Source: Vibrio alginolyticus NBRC 15630 = ATCC 17749
GTDB lineage: Bacteria > Pseudomonadota > Gammaproteobacteria > Enterobacterales > Vibrionaceae
DNA: 32,000 nucleotides
Reading direction: 5' to 3'
Assembly (NCBI RefSeq): GCF_000354175.2
Contig: NC_022359.1
Span: 570,001-602,000 of the forward strand
Below, piece by piece: positions 27,542 through 32,000 of the stretch. Under the pieces are notes generated by a model. That model had not been told where the DNA came from and made no database searches. It saw only the letters and a list, made by a program, of their open reading frames with translations. The translations under genes and the position numbers were made by a program. How positions within the stretch are numbered: position 1 is the stretch's first letter; every line of letters starts with the position of its first letter.

Positions 27542-27575
27542 GTCAGAGACATAGGGTTTCTGACTTTTTATTTTT
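27542..27575 (+). terminator. Rho-independent terminator after the nqrB paralog
   Basis: GUCAGAGA-CAUAGGG-UUUCUGAC followed by UUUUUAUUUUU. Confidence 0.75.
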
Positions 27576-27593
27576 ATCAGGAGGACGAAGACG

Positions 27594-27692
27594 ATGAGAA
27601 TAAAGGATATTCTCGATAGCCGTTTGGTGCTGTCGTTCTGGTATAACCTAGACTACTGCTTGTCTCTTCTTAGTAAAATCTCTTCTCGTTGA
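27594..27692 (+). CDS. Candidate TnaC-like leader peptide (MRIKDILDSRLVLSFWYNLDYCLSLLSKISSR)
   Basis: 32 codons with GGAGG 9 nt upstream. The single Trp sits in FWYNLD, compared with KWFNID in E. coli TnaC (same W-x3-D spacing). The ORF ends 95 nt before tnaA. Confidence 0.5.
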   Translation: MRIKDILDSRLVLSFWYNLDYCLSLLSKISSR

Positions 27693-27787
27693 TTTCCTCA
27701 ATGCAATCGCATTGAAAAGCATTCTATCTATTTGTTTTTTAGTCTTACGTGAAACTGCGTAGGGCAATGCGTATAAGGAAATTAACA

Positions 27788-29188
27788 ATGAAACGTATTC
27801 CAGAACCTTTCCGTATCAAAATGGTTGAGCCAATCAAAATGACGACTTTGGCAGACCGTGAAGTCGCGTTAAAAGAAGCGGGCTATAATCCATTTCTTCT
27901 TCGTAGTGATGATGTTTATATCGATTTGCTGACTGACTCTGGCACTGGTGCCATGAGTGATAATCAGTGGGCTGGCATCATGATGGGGGATGAATCCTAT
28001 GCGGGGAGTCGAAATTACTACAACCTGTGTGATGCAGTGGAGCACTTCTTCGGTTATAAGCTCACCGTGCCTGCACACCAAGGGCGTGGTGCCGAGCAAA
28101 TTTTGTTCCCAGCTTTGATTGAGCGTATGCGTCAGGTGCGTGGTGGCGAAACGCCAGTATTTATCTCGAACTACCATTTTGATACCACAGCGGGTCACAT
28201 TGAACTCAATGGCGGTAAAGCGATTAACGTGGTAACGGAAGAAGCATTCGACACCACTACGCCTTATGATTGGAAGGGCAATTTTGATATCGATAAGCTG
28301 GTGGCAACAATTGAAGCGTACGGTTCGCATAACATTTGTGCAATTATCACCACGATTACTTGTAATAGCTCCGGTGGTCAGCCTGTGTCGATGGAAAACA
28401 TGCGCAGTGTGTACGAGATTGCAACCAAGTGCGATATTCCAGTGGTGATTGACTCGGCTCGTTACTGTGAGAACGCCTACTTTATCAAGCAGCGTGAAGC
28501 GGGTTACGAAAATAAATCGATTCTGGAAATCATCCGTGAGATGTACCAGTACGGTGATATGCTCACCATGTCAGCTAAGAAAGACCCGATGGTAAACATT
28601 GGTGGCATGTGTTGTATTCGTGATCATAAGGAGTTGTTCCAGGCGGTGCAGACACGTTGTGTACCCATGGAAGGATTTGTGACATACGGTGGTATGGCTG
28701 GGCGTGATATGGAAGCGCTCGCTCGCGGTTTGTATGAAGCGGCAGATGAAGATTTTCTTCACTACCGAATTAGCCAAGTTCAATACTTAGGTGAGCGCTT
28801 ACGTGAAGGCGGTATTCCAATTCAATACCCAACGGGTGGTCACGCAGTGTTTGTGGATGCCGCTAAGATTTTGCCACATATTCCAGCGGATCAGTTTCCT
28901 GCGCAGGTATTGTGTAATGCTTTGTACTTGGAAGCGGGTATTCGAGCAGTAGAGATAGGTTCGTTGCTGCTTGGTCGAGATCCGGAAACGGGTAAACAAA
29001 AAGCGTCAGAGCTTGAGTTGATGCGTTTGACCATTCCACGTCGTGTCTACACAAACGATCATATGGATTACATTGCGGATGCGATTATCGAACTGAAAAA
29101 TCGTGCACATGAGTTAAAAGGGCTCACTTTCGAGTACGAGCCACCAGTGCTGCGCCACTTTACTGCTCGATTTAAAGAGATCGATTAA
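27788..29188 (+). CDS. tnaA: Tryptophanase-family beta-eliminating lyase (PLP-dependent), probably tryptophanase
   Basis: Collinear with TnaA/TPL ([34 protein letters not shown]-lysine motif [26 protein letters not shown]). Start at ATG 27788 with AAGGAA upstream. Substrate (Trp versus Tyr) is not certain from sequence alone. Confidence 0.85.
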   Translation: MKRIPEPFRIKMVEPIKMTTLADREVALKEAGYNPFLLRSDDVYIDLLTDSGTGAMSDNQWAGIMMGDESYAGSRNYYNLCDAVEHFFGYKLTVPAHQGRGAEQILFPALIERMRQVRGGETPVFISNYHFDTTAGHIELNGGKAINVVTEEAFDTTTPYDWKGNFDIDKLVATIEAYGSHNICAIITTITCNSSGGQPVSMENMRSVYEIATKCDIPVVIDSARYCENAYFIKQREAGYENKSILEIIREMYQYGDMLTMSAKKDPMVNIGGMCCIRDHKELFQAVQTRCVPMEGFVTYGGMAGRDMEALARGLYEAADEDFLHYRISQVQYLGERLREGGIPIQYPTGGHAVFVDAAKILPHIPADQFPAQVLCNALYLEAGIRAVEIGSLLLGRDPETGKQKASELELMRLTIPRRVYTNDHMDYIADAIIELKNRAHELKGLTFEYEPPVLRHFTARFKEID

Positions 29189-29215
29189 CTCAAGTTTAAA
29201 TCTAGATAAGCAAAA

Positions 29216-29239
29216 GGCCGCGAGTTTCGCGGCCTTTTT
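29216..29239. terminator. Bidirectional rho-independent terminator
   Basis: GGCCGCGA-GTT-TCGCGGCC flanked by AAAA and TTTTT, between convergent tnaA and the 203-aa gene. Confidence 0.8.
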
Positions 29240-29266
29240 CGATTCGCTTATTTCTTAGCGTTACAT

Positions 29267-29878
29267 TTACGCCAACTCTAATGTGATGCGAACGAACTGG
29301 TCGTCTTGATACTGCACTTCATAATTGAAGGTACCACTGGCGTAAATGCTGCCAAGGAAAAGCGAACGTTGACTCATTGGTCCGCGGAACAGCATCGAAA
29401 TAGGAGCGATTAGGGCGTTATTATCATCGAAGTGCTGATTTAAGTTCTCAGAAAGCACACACAGCAAACAGCCGTGTTGGTCGTGAGATAAGTCGACGTC
29501 TTCCGGTCGCGATAATAACACGGTAGTCCCCAGTTTCTTCTCAATCTCGTTGATCAGCAGCAAGTAGCTATCTAGATCGGGTTGAGGGTTGCTGGGTTTG
29601 TCTGCACCGACGCAGCGCTCGAGTAATACTTCCAGATTTCCGTTCTCACCTTTTGCCTGCTGAGTCAAAGACTTTAACGGCTTTTTAATCAGCTTATAGC
29701 GATTACTCTTCAGTTTTGGTTTCAGCCATTTCTGAAGTAAGTCATTACGTTCTTTAAGGGAGAGGCCATGCGAGGACGCGTGAATTTTAAAGTGCAGGTG
29801 TAATAAAGCGTGAACCGCAAGCTCACTCAGAAGTTGATTAGCATCTGTAGACTGTCTCGCCTGCTTAGAACTTTGCAT
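29267..29878 (-). CDS. Hypothetical protein (203 aa), family not recognised with confidence
   Basis: Long ORF without competing frames, flanked by a terminator and a tRNA. No motifs I can name, though it may belong to a gammaproteobacterial DUF family. Confidence 0.55.
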   Translation of the reverse strand: MQSSKQARQSTDANQLLSELAVHALLHLHFKIHASSHGLSLKERNDLLQKWLKPKLKSNRYKLIKKPLKSLTQQAKGENGNLEVLLERCVGADKPSNPQPDLDSYLLLINEIEKKLGTTVLLSRPEDVDLSHDQHGCLLCVLSENLNQHFDDNNALIAPISMLFRGPMSQRSLFLGSIYASGTFNYEVQYQDDQFVRITLELA

Positions 29879-29910
29879 TACACTCGAACAAAATTAGGGA
29901 AGAAGGATAA

Positions 29911-29994
29911 TGGTGCCGAGAGAGGGACTCGAACCCTCACACCAAAGGCACTAGCACCTCATGCTAGCGTGTCTACCAATTTCACCATCTCGGC
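29911..29994 (-). tRNA. tRNA-Leu (anticodon GAG)
   Basis: Minus strand GCCGAGATGGTGAAATTGGTAGACACGCTAGCATGAGGTGCTAGTGCCTTTGGTGTGAGGGTTCGAGTCCCTCTCTCGGCACCA. It folds as a cloverleaf with a long variable arm, anticodon loop AUGAGGU, T-loop TTCGAGT and an encoded CCA. Confidence 0.95.
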
Positions 29995-30040
29995 ATCATG
30001 ATGCTCTGAATACTCAGAGGCCTCGAAAGAAGCAACGCGA

Positions 30041-30046
30041 ATTATA
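30041..30046 (-). promoter_or_regulatory. Candidate -10 hexamer (TATAAT) of the tRNA-Leu promoter
   Basis: Minus strand reads TTGGTTATAATTCGCG, a perfect -10 followed by a GC-rich discriminator, about 47 nt upstream of the mature tRNA 5' end. The -35 is weak. Confidence 0.35.
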
Positions 30047-30553
30047 ACCAAAATCCACCTGTTGGCGAGAGCAAAATGACGAATTTTGGCTCTTTCGAGT
30101 TTGATTGCATATTTATTGGTCACTTTTATGTTTTTTACCATCAACGCCTATCCTTATGCCCTTACTTTTATTAATAGTATGACGACAAAAGAGTGCTTTT
30201 GCCTAAATTTTGAACGCTTGAACGTTTGCGTAAATAAATGTGATGAATATCTCTTTTTGTTGGCTATACTTGCGTCCCGTTTAAGCGGGAATTAGGGTTT
30301 AGTTGTTCAGGACCCTTACCCATACAAGCCGTCACATGGAGCAGGCCAAGCAACATGCTCGCCAGCAGTGAATGACCCCACGGACCGGACCAGCTACGTT
30401 CAATTGCTTGTATAAGGTAAAAATAAGATGTCGAACTATTCGTTCTGTCTGCATTCTGGATCTAAAAGTGAGTTATCACTCGCTGCGTTGTCCCTTTCTT
30501 CTGCCAATTCCTTTGGCTCTTTTTTCTTTTTCAACGTTTAGTAGGTCCAGCTC

Positions 30554-31762
30554 ATGAGTGTTCTATTTAGTCTATTTGGTATTGTTGCACTGCTAGGTTG
30601 TGCTTTCCTACTTTCTGAAGGTCGTTCTTCCATTAATTGGAAAACTGTATCTCGCGCCTTGATGCTACAAATGGGGTTTGCTGCGTTAGTGCTCTATTTC
30701 CCGTTGGGTCAAGCGGCGCTAGCGAGTTTAAGTAATGGTGTCGCGGGGCTACTCAGCTTTGCTGATGAAGGGATTAAATTCCTCTTTGGTGACCTCGCTT
30801 CTTCTGGCTTTATCTTCGCTATTCGTGTCCTTCCTATCATCATCTTCTTCAGTGCTCTTATCTCCGCCCTTTACTATTTGGGCATTATGCAAAAAGTGAT
30901 TCAATTTATTGGCGGCGCTATCCAGAAGTTCTTGGGTACGAGTAAAGCAGAGTCTTTGGTTGCAACAGGGAACATTTTCTTATCTCAAGGCGAGTCACCA
31001 CTTCTTATTCGTCCATTTCTTTCTAACATGACTCGCTCTGAACTGTTTGCTGTGATGGCTGGTGGTATGGCTTCAGTGGCGGGCAGTGTGCTTGGTGGTT
31101 ATGCTGGTTTGGGGGTCGACCTCAAATACTTGATCGCGGCAAGCTTTATGGCAGCACCAGGTAGTTTGATGATGGCAAAAATCATCGTTCCTGAGCGTCA
31201 AACGCCAAGCGATTACAACAATATTGAGCTAGATAAATCAGAAGAAAGCAACGTAATTGATGCGCTAGCAAGCGGTGCCATGGGCGGTATGAAAGTTGCC
31301 GTTGCTGTTGGTACCATGCTTATCGCTTTCGTGAGTGTTATCGCGATGGTGAACACGGGGTTAGAAAACTTGGGTGAGATACTTGGTTTCTCTGGCGTAA
31401 CGCTACAAGCGATTTTTGGTTATTTGTTTGCACCTCTAGCGTGGTTGATTGGTGTGCCAAGCCACGAAATTCTAGCTGCGGGTTCATACATTGGTCAGAA
31501 AGTGGTGATGAATGAGTTTGTTGCGTTTATCGATTTTGTGCAGCACAAAGCGACACTGTCTGAGCATACTCAAATTATTATCACTTTTGCGTTGTGTGGT
31601 TTTGCGAACATTGGCTCAATTGCGATTCAGTTGGGCTCTATCGGCGTGATGGCACCTGAGCGCCGCAAAGATGTTGCAAGTCTAGGCCTAAAAGCGGTTG
31701 CTGCTGGTACACTCGCTAACCTGATGAGTGCGTGCTTAGCGGGCATTTTTATCTCTCTCTAA
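30554..31762 (+). CDS. nupC: Concentrative nucleoside transporter (NupC/CNT family)
   Basis: 402 aa, collinear with V. cholerae CNT and E. coli NupC from recall (FIFAIRVLPIIIFFSALISALYYLGIMQ, GQGESPLLIRPF, ELFAVMAGGMASVAGSVLGGYA, FALCGFANIGSIAI). Confidence 0.9.
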   Translation: MSVLFSLFGIVALLGCAFLLSEGRSSINWKTVSRALMLQMGFAALVLYFPLGQAALASLSNGVAGLLSFADEGIKFLFGDLASSGFIFAIRVLPIIIFFSALISALYYLGIMQKVIQFIGGAIQKFLGTSKAESLVATGNIFLSQGESPLLIRPFLSNMTRSELFAVMAGGMASVAGSVLGGYAGLGVDLKYLIAASFMAAPGSLMMAKIIVPERQTPSDYNNIELDKSEESNVIDALASGAMGGMKVAVAVGTMLIAFVSVIAMVNTGLENLGEILGFSGVTLQAIFGYLFAPLAWLIGVPSHEILAAGSYIGQKVVMNEFVAFIDFVQHKATLSEHTQIIITFALCGFANIGSIAIQLGSIGVMAPERRKDVASLGLKAVAAGTLANLMSACLAGIFISL

Positions 31763-31785
31763 TTTAGATTGAAGATCCACACTAA

Positions 31786-31816
31786 AAACCCGCCATTTAG
31801 GCGGGTTTTGTTATTT
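31786..31816 (+). terminator. Rho-independent terminator after nupC (probably bidirectional)
   Basis: AAACCCGCC-ATTTA-GGCGGGTTT followed by a T-rich tract. Confidence 0.8.
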
Positions 31817-32000
31817 CTAAGGCTTGGGCATTAAGCCGTAAGGTATCGATTTAAAAGCCTCTGGGTGCTCTTGATAAGTTGGCGCTTTATGTACCCCTTT
31901 CCAATCGAGCAGCATGATGGCTAGCACGTTACGGTGTTCGCCGTACTTGAGATCAAAGTTACCGTCGACCGACGGAATCATCCCTTTTTCTGCGTTGATT
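31817..32000 (-). CDS. C-terminal 60 codons of an unidentified protein (5' end beyond the window)
   Basis: Open minus-strand frame running to the window edge (…INAEKGMIPSVDGNFDLKYGEHRNVLAIMLLDWKGVHKAPTYQEHPEAFKSIPYGLMPKP*). The stop lies next to the terminator. Family not recognised. Confidence 0.45.
   Translation of the reverse strand, partial: INAEKGMIPSVDGNFDLKYGEHRNVLAIMLLDWKGVHKAPTYQEHPEAFKSIPYGLMPKP

Noticed and set aside
27749-27787. A 13-codon upstream extension of the tnaA ORF ([13 protein letters not shown]).
   Set aside because: Homologs begin near ...PEPFRI. ATG 27788 has a well-spaced AAGGAA, and the track start is a GTG with no SD.
29267-29994. tRNA-Leu as the attachment site of a genomic island (an unrecognised 203-aa protein lies next to the tRNA 3' end).
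   Set aside because: There is no integrase, no direct repeat of the tRNA 3' end that I could find in the window, and no compositional break. The neighbouring genes (tnaA, nqrB paralog, cioAB) are metabolic.
30239-30254. CRP-like site TGTGATGAATATCTCT and TGAACG direct repeats upstream of nupC, as CRP/CytR control elements.
   Set aside because: Only one half-site matches the CRP consensus, and its distance to the TATACT hexamer does not fit class I or class II spacing. The evidence is insufficient.
29810-30295. ORFs of 61-69 aa overlapping or flanking tRNA-Leu (29810-30001, 29959-30144, 30086-30295).
   Set aside because: They overlap the tRNA gene or its promoter, are AT-rich low-complexity frames, and lack SD sequences.
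30329-30400. Resemblance of GGAGCAGGCCAAGCA... to the conserved domain IV of SRP (4.5S) RNA.
   Set aside because: The GGAA tetraloop and the symmetric/asymmetric loop motifs of 4.5S RNA are absent, and the flanking helix does not fit. The similarity covers only a few nucleotides.

Overview
This 32-kb window looks like Vibrionaceae chromosomal DNA. That call rests on recalled similarity of the NqrB, CNT/NupC, PhoX, RimK and LhgO-like products and on a CsrB-type sRNA; no search was run. I support 30 protein-coding regions: 25 conventional genes, one partial gene at the right edge, and four small ORFs the 60-aa track missed. There is also one tRNA-Leu(GAG) and one CsrB-family sRNA. I found no phage, transposase, integrase, CRISPR or recognisable defence genes.

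Gene content, left to right:
- an MBL-fold hydrolase
- rimK plus a retropepsin-like partner
- a TetR regulator divergent from an MBL-fold lipoprotein
- a heptanucleotide tandem repeat upstream of a DUF5329-like gene
- a LysR regulator
- a 1.3-kb ORF-free gap holding the CsrB-family sRNA and its VarA/UvrY box
- yggL, Tat-exported PhoX and a lone GH1 6-phospho-beta-glucosidase
- a DctB/DctD-like sigma-54 two-component pair
- a GGDEF cyclase and brnQ
- a TAXI-type TRAP transporter operon ending in lhgO
- a secreted cystatin-like protein
- a short-Q-loop cytochrome bd (CIO-like) oxidase with a coupled 32-aa peptide
- a stand-alone full-length NqrB paralog divergent from that oxidase
- a tryptophanase-family lyase preceded by a TnaC-like leader ORF
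- a hypothetical protein, tRNA-Leu and a CNT/NupC nucleoside transporter

The items most worth follow-up are:
1. the orphan NqrB paralog beside cioAB
2. the sigma-54 promoter with tandem palindromic UAS driving the TAXI-TRAP-lhgO operon (predicted 2-hydroxyglutarate or C5-dicarboxylate uptake)
3. the TnaC-like leader that keeps W-x3-D but lacks the terminal Pro
4. a Leu/Ile-rich leader ORF with alternative hairpins upstream of brnQ
5. the (GTAGTTA)n repeat

All family names come from reading the translations and from memory, not from database searches.
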